Origin: a virus
Taxonomy: Duplodnaviria > Caudoviricetes
Strand: one strand, 5' to 3'
IMG/VR virus record: IMGVR_UViG_3300037067_008519
Coordinates: 58,332 to 122,331 of that record
DNA: 64,000 nt
This document shows, in pieces, positions 38,185 through 47,679 of the stretch. The notes beneath the pieces were generated by a model. The model had not been told where the DNA came from. It did no database searches and saw only the letters and a program-made list of their open reading frames with translations. Numbering within the stretch: position 1 is the stretch's first letter; each line of letters begins with the position of its first letter. Both the position numbers and the translations under genes were made by a program.

Positions 38185-41181
38185 ATGACTTTTAACCTCT
38201 TTACGGCCTATGAAAATTGGATACCTAATAAAAGAATAATTAGAACCAAAGAGGGGTTGCAGGAACTTGTAGATAGGCTCAGTAATTCTAAACTATTTTC
38301 GTGTGATGTTGAAACCCCTGAGATTGGTTCTGAAGAAATGTATATCTTAGGTATAGGTTTTGCAGAAGGTTCCGATTCTTGGTACATTCCTGTTAATCAC
38401 ACTTCTACTTTTGAACAGCTACCGATGAAGGCAGTAGTGAAGGCTCTCAAGCCTGTATTTTCTGACCAAAAGATAGCTAAAGTATTCCATAATGCCAAAT
38501 TTGATGTGAATATGTTAAGTATTTATGACGTAGAAGTCAAAGGATTGATACTCGATACTATTTTCATGGTTTGGTTATGTCAAGAGGAGCATCAGGATAA
38601 GGATTTGAAAAACTCGGCCCGCCGGGATTTGGGTATGGTTCTGAAAAAATATAAAGATGTTAATGGCGGCGATCTAGAAAATGCTTCAATCAGAGAGGTT
38701 GCTCATTATTGTCGAATGGATTGCAAAGCTACGCTAGGTCTGTATAATTTTTATAAACCTGTAATCCAAGAAGAAGAATTGTCAGTGGTGTTTAAAAATG
38801 AAATGGATTTGCTTCCTGTAACTATGGCTATGGAAAAAGAAGGGATGCTGATAGATAGAGAAAAACTAGAGGCATTAGGGAAACAGTTAAATGAGCACAT
38901 TCAAGAATTAACCCCACAGATACACAAGCTCTTAGGTAAGAGGATTAATATCAAATCAACACAACAATTAGCTGAGATTCTTTATGATGAATTAGGGTTA
39001 GTCTGCGAAAGAACAACGAAGAAAGGAAATAGAAGTACCGATATTGAGGCATTAAGAGATATGCAGGGACAGCATGAGGTAATAGACTTATTGATAGAGT
39101 ACAGAAAGTATAATACTTGGTATTCTACTTTTGTTAAAGGGATAACTAAAAAGATAAAGAAAAATGGTAAAGTGTATGCTAACTTTAATCAGGCCGGGGC
39201 TATCTCAGGAAGGTATTCTAGCTCTAAACCTAATCTACAAAATATACCTAGAGATGAAACTAATCTAAAGATAAGGGGAATTTTCATAGCTCCCCCCGGT
39301 TACAAGATTATCTGTGCCGACTATAGCCAGCTTGAATTAAGATTGATTTCTCGTTTCTCTGGTGACCCTAAATTAGTTTATGCTTACAAAAATGATATAG
39401 ACGTTCATACCCTTACTGCTAGTCAGATGTTCAAGGTTGATTTTGATAAAGTTGATACTGAACAGAGATATATAGCCAAGACCATTAACTTCGCAAGCGG
39501 GTATGGTACATCACCAGGAACTCTTAGAGAAATATTAAGAGATGGGGGTAAGACAGTAGATATGGATGAAGCTAAAGAATTACTTAATATGCATCATAGA
39601 GTTTATAAGAGATGGTATGCTTGGGGCGAAGAGATGATTGCTGAGTGTGAAAAATGTGGTTATGCTAAATCTTGGTTAGGCAGACGTAGGAGATTACCTG
39701 ATATTAATGCTAAAGAATACGGTATAAAAGCTGAAGCAGGTAGACAAGCCGTGAATCATATTGTGCAAAGTTGTATTGAAGAATCACAATCTATCCTTAC
39801 TAAGAATGGGTATATTCCTATATCAAAACTTGATGGAGAGTCTATTTTTAATGGAGAAATATGGACTTCCAATTATAATGTGTATCCCACAGGAGAAAGA
39901 GAAGTTTATAGACTGAATCTATCTGGTGGAAAACATATTTTATCCACATTAGAACATAGATTTTTCAAATGGAATCCGGCTTCTTTAAAAATAGAAGAAT
40001 GTTATTTAAGAGATTTAAATCCCACAAAGGATTGGGTAGTGACTTCTACGCAAGGATCTATTGATGGGTTATTAAAAGAAAATGTTAAAGGAATTTACGA
40101 TGGTCATTATAGGGCTTCATACAAAAAATTAGAACAACCCAAAGGAATTACTGAAGATGAAGTTTATTTGTTGGGGTATTTAGTAGGAGATGGTTACTAT
40201 GGGACTAAGAAAGGGAAAGACCATTATGGCTCTATTTATATTGCTTTTGGAAATATTGAACATCCAGACATAGAAAAGGCCAAAACATACAAAAAGGAAA
40301 CAGAAAGAATTTATAATCTTTTAATACGCCTTTATCCAAATCTCAATGTAAGAATTAGACAAGCAAGAAATGGGAGTCGCACGGGATTTAATACAAATCT
40401 ATGTTTTACTTCTATAATTCTTAGAGACAGGTTGGAAAAATTAGAATTGGGTCCTGTTTCTAAAAAAGATAAAAGAATACCGTCTTGGATTTTTACATCT
40501 TTGCCTAAATATAAAATAGCTTTTATAAAAGGGTATATGGATGCAGACGGTAATATTTCAAAAACAGGGCTTGTTCAATTAACAACAGTAGTCGAAGAAT
40601 TGGCACATGGAATGTTATTATTATTAAATTCATTAGGAATTGACGCTGGCTATCATAAGTATGGAAAGGGTAAAAATATCTTTTTTAAAGTAAACATAAG
40701 AAGTAAGGATATCCAAAAATACTATGAATTGGTGGGGTTTGAAAATTTCTCTAAAAAAGAAAGGTTAAAAGATTGTATAGAAAAACAAAAACACATGCGA
40801 AACGGCTTGAACACAAGCATTTCTGGATTTGAACAAGTTTTTAGCATTGAGAAGGTGGGGGTTTATTCAACCTATGATATTGAAATTTTAGAAGGTAAAC
40901 AGGCTTTTGTTTGTGAGGGAATACTTGTTCATAACTCAGCAAGCGGTGACGTAGTTAAGACAGCTATGATAAGACTATTTAATTCAAAAAAATTTATAGA
41001 GTTGGGTTGTAAGATAGTTAGTCAGGTGCATGATGAATTAATCATTATATGTCCAGAAGATAATGTTGATGAAGTAGTTCCTTTGGTAAAAGAAATTATG
41101 GAACACCCTTTGGAAAAAGATTTAGGAATAGATTTGCCTGTAAGTATAGGTATAGGTAACAGTTGGGATGAGGCCAAGTAA
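38185..41181 (+). CDS. polA: family A DNA polymerase with 3'-5' exonuclease, intein-containing
   Basis: DVET, HNAKFD, YC.MD; GR.SSS.PNLQNIP, DYSQLELR, AKTINF...YG, QVHDEL. Confidence 0.96.
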   Translation: MTFNLFTAYENWIPNKRIIRTKEGLQELVDRLSNSKLFSCDVETPEIGSEEMYILGIGFAEGSDSWYIPVNHTSTFEQLPMKAVVKALKPVFSDQKIAKVFHNAKFDVNMLSIYDVEVKGLILDTIFMVWLCQEEHQDKDLKNSARRDLGMVLKKYKDVNGGDLENASIREVAHYCRMDCKATLGLYNFYKPVIQEEELSVVFKNEMDLLPVTMAMEKEGMLIDREKLEALGKQLNEHIQELTPQIHKLLGKRINIKSTQQLAEILYDELGLVCERTTKKGNRSTDIEALRDMQGQHEVIDLLIEYRKYNTWYSTFVKGITKKIKKNGKVYANFNQAGAISGRYSSSKPNLQNIPRDETNLKIRGIFIAPPGYKIICADYSQLELRLISRFSGDPKLVYAYKNDIDVHTLTASQMFKVDFDKVDTEQRYIAKTINFASGYGTSPGTLREILRDGGKTVDMDEAKELLNMHHRVYKRWYAWGEEMIAECEKCGYAKSWLGRRRRLPDINAKEYGIKAEAGRQAVNHIVQSCIEESQSILTKNGYIPISKLDGESIFNGEIWTSNYNVYPTGEREVYRLNLSGGKHILSTLEHRFFKWNPASLKIEECYLRDLNPTKDWVVTSTQGSIDGLLKENVKGIYDGHYRASYKKLEQPKGITEDEVYLLGYLVGDGYYGTKKGKDHYGSIYIAFGNIEHPDIEKAKTYKKETERIYNLLIRLYPNLNVRIRQARNGSRTGFNTNLCFTSIILRDRLEKLELGPVSKKDKRIPSWIFTSLPKYKIAFIKGYMDADGNISKTGLVQLTTVVEELAHGMLLLLNSLGIDAGYHKYGKGKNIFFKVNIRSKDIQKYYELVGFENFSKKERLKDCIEKQKHMRNGLNTSISGFEQVFSIEKVGVYSTYDIEILEGKQAFVCEGILVHNSASGDVVKTAMIRLFNSKKFIELGCKIVSQVHDELIIICPEDNVDEVVPLVKEIMEHPLEKDLGIDLPVSIGIGNSWDEAK
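39772..40935 (+). mobile_element. intein with LAGLIDADG homing endonuclease (~388 aa)
   Basis: CIEESQSILT block A, TLEHRF block B, LLGYLVGDG and FIKGYMDADG, YDIEI...GILVHN followed by Ser. Confidence 0.92.
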
Positions 41182-41403
41182 ATGTATATATTAAGAATAG
41201 AAATAAGAGAAGTAGGAGAAGATTTAAATCCAGTAGGTAAAGATGTACTAGGTATCACAAAAATTTTTGGATGTACAGATGTAGGTAAGGAGTTATTGGG
41301 AGAAAATCCGGGCGAAGAGTTTCGCTATCAAATGAAAAGAATAACCGAAGAACTTGTAGAATATATAGACCCTATAGGGGAGATAATAAAGTTGACAAAC
41401 TAG
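41182..41403 (+). CDS. hypothetical protein
   Basis: Abuts the polA stop. Confidence 0.5.
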   Translation: MYILRIEIREVGEDLNPVGKDVLGITKIFGCTDVGKELLGENPGEEFRYQMKRITEELVEYIDPIGEIIKLTN

Positions 41404-41420
41404 GCAAAAGGTGATAGACT
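41392..41420 (+). promoter_or_regulatory. sigma70-type promoter with extended -10
   Basis: TTGACA-N17-TAGACT with TG upstream of -10. Confidence 0.65.
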
Positions 41421-41428
41421 AAATTATC

Positions 41429-41611
41429 ATGGAAACTTGGTATTGTAATTGGTGTGGAGAAAAATTTGAATTTAGTATGTGTGATGCTGAGGCAGAGTGC
41501 CCCGAGTGCGGAAAAACATACAGTGTATATGTTGATGTTTATCTCATGCCAAACTATAGTTCAAATACTAAAATAACAACTTTAGATATTAATGGGATTA
41601 GGGAAACATGA
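41429..41611 (+). CDS. small zinc-ribbon protein
   Basis: CNWCG...CPECG. Confidence 0.6.
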   Translation: METWYCNWCGEKFEFSMCDAEAECPECGKTYSVYVDVYLMPNYSSNTKITTLDINGIRET

Positions 41612-41620
41612 AAGGGAAAC

Positions 41621-42067
41621 ATGAAAGAAATCAAATTTAGAGGAATTGAAAAGAACACGAATACTATGGTTTACGGGAGTCTCATTAACAATATTTATTT
41701 TAAAAACGATGGTTCACCTATTTGTTATATTTTTTCCACTAAAAAATGTGAAGGTTGTGAGTACAGTTGTGATTGTAATGAAGATTTTTTTACTTGCGAG
41801 GATGTATTTTTAGAAGTAAAATCAGAAACATTAACCCAATCTTCTGAAATAAAAGACTGTAATAATAAGAATGTTTTTCCGGGAGATATTATCCGTATTT
41901 ACCCTATTGATAAAGATTCCTTTATTGTTGGTTATGGGATGCTTTTTTATTTTCCTCATATTAATATTGCTCCGTGGATGACAAGCGATTCTTTTGAAAA
42001 ATTTGAAGTAATAGGTAATATTTTTGAGAATCCGGAGATAATAGATGGACCAGAACATAATCTATAA
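41621..42067 (+). CDS. YopX family protein
   Basis: MKEIKFRG...V.G.L, Q...KD.N....GDII, EVIGNIFENP. Confidence 0.9.
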   Translation: MKEIKFRGIEKNTNTMVYGSLINNIYFKNDGSPICYIFSTKKCEGCEYSCDCNEDFFTCEDVFLEVKSETLTQSSEIKDCNNKNVFPGDIIRIYPIDKDSFIVGYGMLFYFPHINIAPWMTSDSFEKFEVIGNIFENPEIIDGPEHNL

Positions 42068-42743
42068 AATCTTATATGGTTCCCAAGTGTACGGAACTGC
42101 TGATGAAAATTCTGATACAGATATTCGCGGCATTTGGTTGCCTTCTATAGATCAGAGCCTTTCCATGAAAGAATTGAAAGACATTAAATATGTTTATGGT
42201 GAGGAAGATGTTCTTATCTTTCCCTTGCAGAAGTTTTTTAAGTTAGCTCTGAAATGTAATCCGTCTGTATTTGAATGGATGTTCGTGCCTAAAAATTGTA
42301 TTATAATAGATACTCCTGCATCTGATGTTTTAGTAAAAAGTAGAGGCATGTTTCTTTCGCAGGAGATCTACCACAGGTTTAAGGGGTATGCTTGGTCTGA
42401 GTTTTCTTCTATTACAAAACTTAGCGGGCCGACAGGGGAGAAAAGAAAGCAACAGATTCTAAAGTATGGGTACTCGCCTAAAAATGGGATGAATTGCATT
42501 AGATTAATAGAACAAGCTATCGAATTATTAACCGAACAGACCATTCATTTTCCTCGGCCTAATGCTGAAGAACTTCTAGGGATTAAACATGGCGAGTGGC
42601 CTTACCAAAAAGTAGTGCAAAAATTTAATAATCTTTTAGAGAAATTGGAAGAAGCTAAAGAAAAAACTACTCTACCAGAAAAAGCTGATTTTGATTACAT
42701 AAACGAGTTTATGGTGTTTATTATTAAGGAGTATGGAAAGTGA
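42045..42743 (+). CDS. Pol-beta-superfamily nucleotidyltransferase
   Basis: GSQVYGT...SDTDIRG, KF..L..K.NP...E, LL.IK.G. Confidence 0.85.
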   Translation: MDQNIIYKILYGSQVYGTADENSDTDIRGIWLPSIDQSLSMKELKDIKYVYGEEDVLIFPLQKFFKLALKCNPSVFEWMFVPKNCIIIDTPASDVLVKSRGMFLSQEIYHRFKGYAWSEFSSITKLSGPTGEKRKQQILKYGYSPKNGMNCIRLIEQAIELLTEQTIHFPRPNAEELLGIKHGEWPYQKVVQKFNNLLEKLEEAKEKTTLPEKADFDYINEFMVFIIKEYGK

Positions 42744-43294
42744 TTGAAACTATTCAGGGAGATGTTTTTGATCTAGCTCGGGAGATGAAAGGATTTGCTG
42801 TAGTAGGAACAAATACTACTACCAGTAAAAAAGGTGAGGCAGTAATGGGTCGGGGAGCCGCAAAACAGGCGGCAGAGTTATATCCTTATCTTCCAAAATA
42901 TTTTGGTGATTACCTTTCAGGATTTGCTGCCGAGAAAACAGAAAAAGGAACTATTCACCCATCTTGTATAGGTATTTATGATGTTTTTACTTATCAAGAG
43001 ATGGTATGCGAAAAAATGATTTTTGGTTTTTATGCTTTTATAGTTAAGCGGGGCTGGTGGGAGGATGCTAGTTATAATATAATCAAGAAATCCTCTGAGA
43101 TGTTGGCAGAGTTTATATGTAACGGTTATTACTATGATAAATATGAGAATAGTCCAGAACCTTTCTTAGTAACTAAAGTAGGATGTGGAAATGGAAGACT
43201 ACAATGGGATAAAGTTAAACCTATTTTAGAAGAATACTTAGAAGAAGTAAATTATGATAATAATATTTATTTTGTGGAACCGATTGGAGGTTAA
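42740..43294 (+). CDS. macro domain (ADP-ribose processing) protein
   Basis: GDVF, TN.......VMGRG.A, K..W, GCGNG.L.W..VK. Confidence 0.8.
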   Translation: MIETIQGDVFDLAREMKGFAVVGTNTTTSKKGEAVMGRGAAKQAAELYPYLPKYFGDYLSGFAAEKTEKGTIHPSCIGIYDVFTYQEMVCEKMIFGFYAFIVKRGWWEDASYNIIKKSSEMLAEFICNGYYYDKYENSPEPFLVTKVGCGNGRLQWDKVKPILEEYLEEVNYDNNIYFVEPIGG

Positions 43295-43296
43295 TC

Positions 43297-43563
43297 ATGG
43301 ATAGGGAATTGAGACCAGATGATATGATTAGGATGAGGCTAAGGTGTGAACAGTGCGAGGAGTTGAAAAAACAAAAAGAAAAATTTCATAACATATTTAA
43401 TAATGGTTTTGGTATAAGTCAAGTTGAAAGAGATTTGTCTTATGATTCTTATAAAAACTGTTTGGAGAGAATGAACAACTGCTATAAATGCGGAGGTATA
43501 GGATATATAGAGGAATGGGTTCCCCTTTTTAAATTTAAGAAAGAAGAGGAAAAGAAAGAATGA
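43297..43563 (+). CDS. hypothetical Cys-containing protein
   Basis: CEQC...CYKCGG.G. Confidence 0.55.
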   Translation: MDRELRPDDMIRMRLRCEQCEELKKQKEKFHNIFNNGFGISQVERDLSYDSYKNCLERMNNCYKCGGIGYIEEWVPLFKFKKEEEKKE

Positions 43564-44639
43564 AACTACCGCCAGAGATTAAGAGTATTGTAGATCAAGT
43601 TGCCGAGATGGTATCCCCTTGCTATTTAGTGGGGGGTTCAGTTAGAGATATTCTTCTTGGTAGAAAAACTAATGATTTAGATTTTTGCTGTAAGCACACT
43701 CCCGATGAAATAGAAGATGCGGTGCGGGCCGCTGGCAGGAGGGCTTATTTAGTAGGTAAGAAATTTGGAACTATTGGGTGTAAGGTTGGTGGACAAAAGA
43801 TTGAGATAACTACATTTAGACAGGAATCCTATAAAAATGGCTACCGCAAACCAGAGGTAGAATTTGTAGGGGATATTGTGTCTGACCTTAGCCGCCGAGA
43901 TTTTACTATCAATGCTATGGCTATTAGAGATAACGGTAAATTCATAGATCCCTTTAATGGAAGAACAGATTTGAAGGAGGGAATAATTGAGTGCGTAGGT
44001 AGTCCGAAGACTAGATTTAGGGAAGACCCTCTGAGGATTCTACGGGCGGCTAGGTTTCTGAGTCAGTTAGACAATACTGAGAATCTTCATAGACCCTCAA
44101 CTGAGCCTGAGGTTTGGTTTCAAAATTTTGGTATTGAAATGGGAACTTTTAATAAAATGAAAGAGTTAAGTTATAAATTACTTTCTATTAGTAAAGAACG
44201 ATGGGTTATGGAACTTGACAAGATTCTTGAATCTAATAAACCCGATGTTGGATTGTATGCTCTTATGGAAACTAAATGTTTTAATTTTATGATACCGGAG
44301 TTAAGTTTGCAGGATGGGTATGACCAAAATAGTTCATGGCATAGTCTTCCCCTCTGGCAGCATACTTTAGAAGTTGTCAGGGAATGTCCTCCTGAACTAA
44401 ATTTGCGCTGGGCTGCTTTGCTTCACGATTGCGCCAAGCCTTTTGTGCGGGTAGATAAGAAAGACCCTGTGCGAGGAACGTATGCAAAGCATGATATTCT
44501 CGGATATGAAATGGTAAAGAGAATAGGCCTTCATCTGAAGTGGAGTAATGATAGGATTAAAAATGTTAGTGAGTTAGTACGCGACCATCTAAGTGATGAT
44601 TCTCCACTTAAAGAGTTTGATGATAGGGCAAAAGGGTGA
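43560..44639 (+). CDS. cca: CCA-adding enzyme / tRNA nucleotidyltransferase with HD-like domain
   Basis: YLVGGSVRD, DLDF, EITTFR, DL.RRDFTINAMA, EDPLRILRA.RF, ALLHD. Confidence 0.9.
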   Translation: MKLPPEIKSIVDQVAEMVSPCYLVGGSVRDILLGRKTNDLDFCCKHTPDEIEDAVRAAGRRAYLVGKKFGTIGCKVGGQKIEITTFRQESYKNGYRKPEVEFVGDIVSDLSRRDFTINAMAIRDNGKFIDPFNGRTDLKEGIIECVGSPKTRFREDPLRILRAARFLSQLDNTENLHRPSTEPEVWFQNFGIEMGTFNKMKELSYKLLSISKERWVMELDKILESNKPDVGLYALMETKCFNFMIPELSLQDGYDQNSSWHSLPLWQHTLEVVRECPPELNLRWAALLHDCAKPFVRVDKKDPVRGTYAKHDILGYEMVKRIGLHLKWSNDRIKNVSELVRDHLSDDSPLKEFDDRAKG

Positions 44640-44836
44640 GTAATATGGCAGAAAAAACATTAATAAGAAAAGTATGTGACTGTACAAACGGCATTATTCC
44701 TAGTGAGCAAAAGGTTATCATCTGTCCTAAATGTATGGGAAATGGTTATATAGATATTGTATTAGGAAACCCTTTTGAGGCTATAAGGAAATTACTTGAT
44801 GTAATAGAAGCTCAACTAGAAGAAGAGGATTGGTAA
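44636..44836 (+). CDS. hypothetical protein
   Basis: CPKCMGNG. Confidence 0.5.
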   Translation: MSNMAEKTLIRKVCDCTNGIIPSEQKVIICPKCMGNGYIDIVLGNPFEAIRKLLDVIEAQLEEEDW

Positions 44837-45036
44837 CTATGTTTGATAAAGTTATGTTAATTTTCGCGGGGATAATGATAGCTATTATAGGAATAGGCAT
44901 AAATGTTGGAATTATCATTGGAACAATTATCTCTGGTGATTATTGGATACTATGTGTACTTCCTATGTCTTTGATTGTTTTAATAGCTTGTTTGATAACA
45001 GCTAAAGAGGGAATAGAATTAGGATTGGATTCATAA
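44830..45036 (+). CDS. small two-TM membrane protein
   Basis: Two hydrophobic stretches. Confidence 0.55.
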   Translation: MVTMFDKVMLIFAGIMIAIIGIGINVGIIIGTIISGDYWILCVLPMSLIVLIACLITAKEGIELGLDS

Positions 45037-45647
45037 TGAATTACAAAAAAGAAATTCAAGATTTCATTGCGAGTAGACCGTGGGCTATAGAGGATATTGG
45101 AGAACACCTAGTAAAGATTTATGAAACTGTAGTAGAAGCTAATCCAAATTTGGTCGTGGAATTGGGTGTTAGGACAGGTAATTCAACCCATGCTCTGAGT
45201 AAAGCCTGTATGGAAACCGGTGCTAGACTAGTAGGAATAGATATTAATAATTGTAATAAGGCTTGTCATTGGGATAAGTGGATATTTATTCAAGAAGACA
45301 GTGTTCGAGTTGCTAACCATTGGAAGATTCCTGTGGATGTTCTTTTTATAGATACTAGCCATACGTATATTCAGACTCTTGCAGAGCTTCAGGCTTGGGT
45401 TCCTATGATAAGTCCTGACAATATGGATGCAGTTATTTTAATGCATGATACTAATCCAGTAGGACACCCCGGCTATCCCGGTGTTAATGAAGCTATCGAG
45501 GAGTATTTTGGTTTTGAAATATATGATTGGAACAGACCCGCTAAAATGTATTTTGGTAGAGAGGTAGTTTTTGAGCACAATCCAAGTAGCTATGGATTAA
45601 CAATTATAAAACCTTATTATTTTATAAAACCTTATTATTTTCAATAG
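45036..45647 (+). CDS. class I SAM-dependent methyltransferase (Methyltransf_24-like)
   Basis: VELGVRTGNST, GID, DVLFIDTSH.Y, MHD. Confidence 0.85.
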   Translation: MNYKKEIQDFIASRPWAIEDIGEHLVKIYETVVEANPNLVVELGVRTGNSTHALSKACMETGARLVGIDINNCNKACHWDKWIFIQEDSVRVANHWKIPVDVLFIDTSHTYIQTLAELQAWVPMISPDNMDAVILMHDTNPVGHPGYPGVNEAIEEYFGFEIYDWNRPAKMYFGREVVFEHNPSSYGLTIIKPYYFIKPYYFQ

Positions 45648-45656
45648 GAGGATAAG

Positions 45657-45977
45657 ATGAGGAAGAAAAATAAAGGAATTTATCTGAGTGAAAGCAGCTA
45701 TAGGTATTGGTTTGCAAGACATTCTGAGTGGATTAAAGATGAAAATAAAACTAAGAAGAAGTTAGAATTAGCTGAATGTCATTTAAAAAATATAAAAGAA
45801 ATTATTGATTTGGCTTCTAGTTTAATAGATTTGATGATAGAAGATATTGAAAAGGAAAACGGCACAGTTGGTCTTTGGAATATGGAAGACAGTCCTTATA
45901 AAGATAGAATGATTAAAGGACATGAATTCTTGGAAAAAATGAAGAAAAGAATAGAGGAGAGAAAACTCTATGGCTAA
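45657..45977 (+). CDS. hypothetical protein
   Basis: SD AGGAGG. Confidence 0.55.
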   Translation: MRKKNKGIYLSESSYRYWFARHSEWIKDENKTKKKLELAECHLKNIKEIIDLASSLIDLMIEDIEKENGTVGLWNMEDSPYKDRMIKGHEFLEKMKKRIEERKLYG

Positions 45978-46194
45978 GATTAGAATATTCTGGTCTGAGG
46001 ATGAAGATAAATGGAAAAGAATATTTGGGCCTAAACAGAAGTATTGTGAATGGGAAAGTTATGATTTTTCTGGTACAACATTAACTTGCGACAAACTTGC
46101 GACAAAACACGTGACACGCGCAAACGGTATTAAGTTATATTATTGTGATGAGCACATGGAAGAATACTGCAGTTATAAGTTTCAAAAAAGATAA
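45970..46194 (+). CDS. hypothetical protein
   Basis: Coupled ORF; C..C..YCDEH. Confidence 0.55.
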   Translation: MAKIRIFWSEDEDKWKRIFGPKQKYCEWESYDFSGTTLTCDKLATKHVTRANGIKLYYCDEHMEEYCSYKFQKR

Positions 46195-46206
46195 GGTAGT
46201 GAAGGA

Positions 46207-46581
46207 ATGTTTAGATTAAGAAAGAGAGACATTTTTGAAGCATCAAGACCAGCAGATGCAGAATGGAAATGTGTATTTCCTCACCAAATTCCCGGTACAT
46301 GGTTGGAGTCTCATTGGAATTATACTATAGGTGAATTAATCCCTGAATTAATATCTTTGGATATGACAAGTGGTAAGATTGGAATTTATAAAATAGAATC
46401 TAATAGCAATGGATTGCAATGGACCGCTGACGATACAGGACAGAGGAATTTTAAAGGAACTTTTCTTAGATATGCTACTGAGGAAGACTTAGATAAAAGA
46501 GCAGGAGTAAACAAAAAAAGATATTGGGATGGGGTGTTTTCTAAAATATTAGAAGATTCGAGGTATTATAATCGTGAATAG
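46207..46581 (+). CDS. hypothetical protein
   Basis: Operon packing. Confidence 0.55.
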   Translation: MFRLRKRDIFEASRPADAEWKCVFPHQIPGTWLESHWNYTIGELIPELISLDMTSGKIGIYKIESNSNGLQWTADDTGQRNFKGTFLRYATEEDLDKRAGVNKKRYWDGVFSKILEDSRYYNRE

Positions 46582-46864
46582 TTTTATTTCGTGGCCCCGC
46601 GCTGGGGGCAAGACAACCCTTCTAGCGGCAATATCAAAACTTGAAATGCAACTGAAACAACGAGAAAAAATAATTTGGAAAGTTGAATTACAAAATGTCT
46701 CAGGAAAGGACGGAAAACCCGATACTGCTAATTTATCCATATTTACTTCACTCCCAAAAGTTATTTATATTGGTGTTTCTCTTGAAAGGTTGATGGGATG
46801 GGGCCAGCGTAGAAAACTGTTAGATGATTTGCTTGAGATGATAAAAAAGGAGACAGGAAAATGA
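46574..46864 (+). CDS. hypothetical protein with isolated P-loop-like motif
   Basis: WPRAGGKTT. Confidence 0.45.
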   Translation: MNSFISWPRAGGKTTLLAAISKLEMQLKQREKIIWKVELQNVSGKDGKPDTANLSIFTSLPKVIYIGVSLERLMGWGQRRKLLDDLLEMIKKETGK

Positions 46865-47103
46865 AAAAGTGGGCTGTTATTTATTCCCCCCAATGGCGGC
46901 TTGATAAGGTTTGTTTTACTCATAAGTCTGCTCTTAGTTATTTAGAAAATCTGGTATGCGGAGTTTGCGGATTAAAACTAAAACAATGTGAAATGACTAT
47001 GGCAGAATATGAAATAATGACTTTAGAAGAATATTATAAGTATGACAGTATAGTAGAGTTTATTCAGAACAGCCCTAGATGGGAAAGGATTTATCCAGAG
47101 TGA
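46861..47103 (+). CDS. hypothetical protein
   Basis: ATGA overlap. Confidence 0.5.
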   Translation: MKKWAVIYSPQWRLDKVCFTHKSALSYLENLVCGVCGLKLKQCEMTMAEYEIMTLEEYYKYDSIVEFIQNSPRWERIYPE

Positions 47104-47675
47104 AAACAGCTTTTTTTATTAATCAGTCTTTTATGGTTGATTTGATACGCCCCGTTGTTCCTTGGCTAAATGATTATTTGGTCTTTACTGATAAAGAGTT
47201 CTGTCGTAGGGCTTGCGAGAAGTATGGACTGAAAAATATTTATATCAAAGACTACAGAATAATGAATTGGGAAATGGCAACTTATAATCCTAGTGTGTTT
47301 GTTCAATTTGATTGTCAACCGGCATTATTCCCCCGCAACGGTAGTGTTAATATCTATATACCAAAACAATTCAATATTTTTCTGTCTGACTCATTACATG
47401 CTTATGATTACATTCTGGTTTCTAATAAACACAATAAGAAACTCTTAGAGGATTTTGGCATCCCCGGCGGCAGGGTAAAGATTGTAGGATTTACTAAATA
47501 TTCTTTATTAGCAGAAGGAAAAGAAGTAGAACTAATAAAATCAGAACAAATGGTATGGGATAAATATCAAGGGACTAATTATCTAAATTTAAATGCCGGT
47601 TCAAACATCGCAGCTTTTATAACAAGAGTAGGAGAGCGTAATAAACTTCCGACCAACTGGATAAGAATGAGGTAA
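47100..47675 (+). CDS. glycosyl/glycerophosphotransferase-like (GT-B N-terminal half) protein
   Basis: YDYILVS......L..FG....RVKIVGF.KY pattern; short for the family. Confidence 0.4.
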   Translation: MKTAFFINQSFMVDLIRPVVPWLNDYLVFTDKEFCRRACEKYGLKNIYIKDYRIMNWEMATYNPSVFVQFDCQPALFPRNGSVNIYIPKQFNIFLSDSLHAYDYILVSNKHNKKLLEDFGIPGGRVKIVGFTKYSLLAEGKEVELIKSEQMVWDKYQGTNYLNLNAGSNIAAFITRVGERNKLPTNWIRMR

Positions 47676-47679
47676 AAAA

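Noticed and set aside
46083-46104. 11-bp tandem repeat AACTTGCGACA x2
   Set aside because: Only two copies inside a small ORF; no evidence of function.
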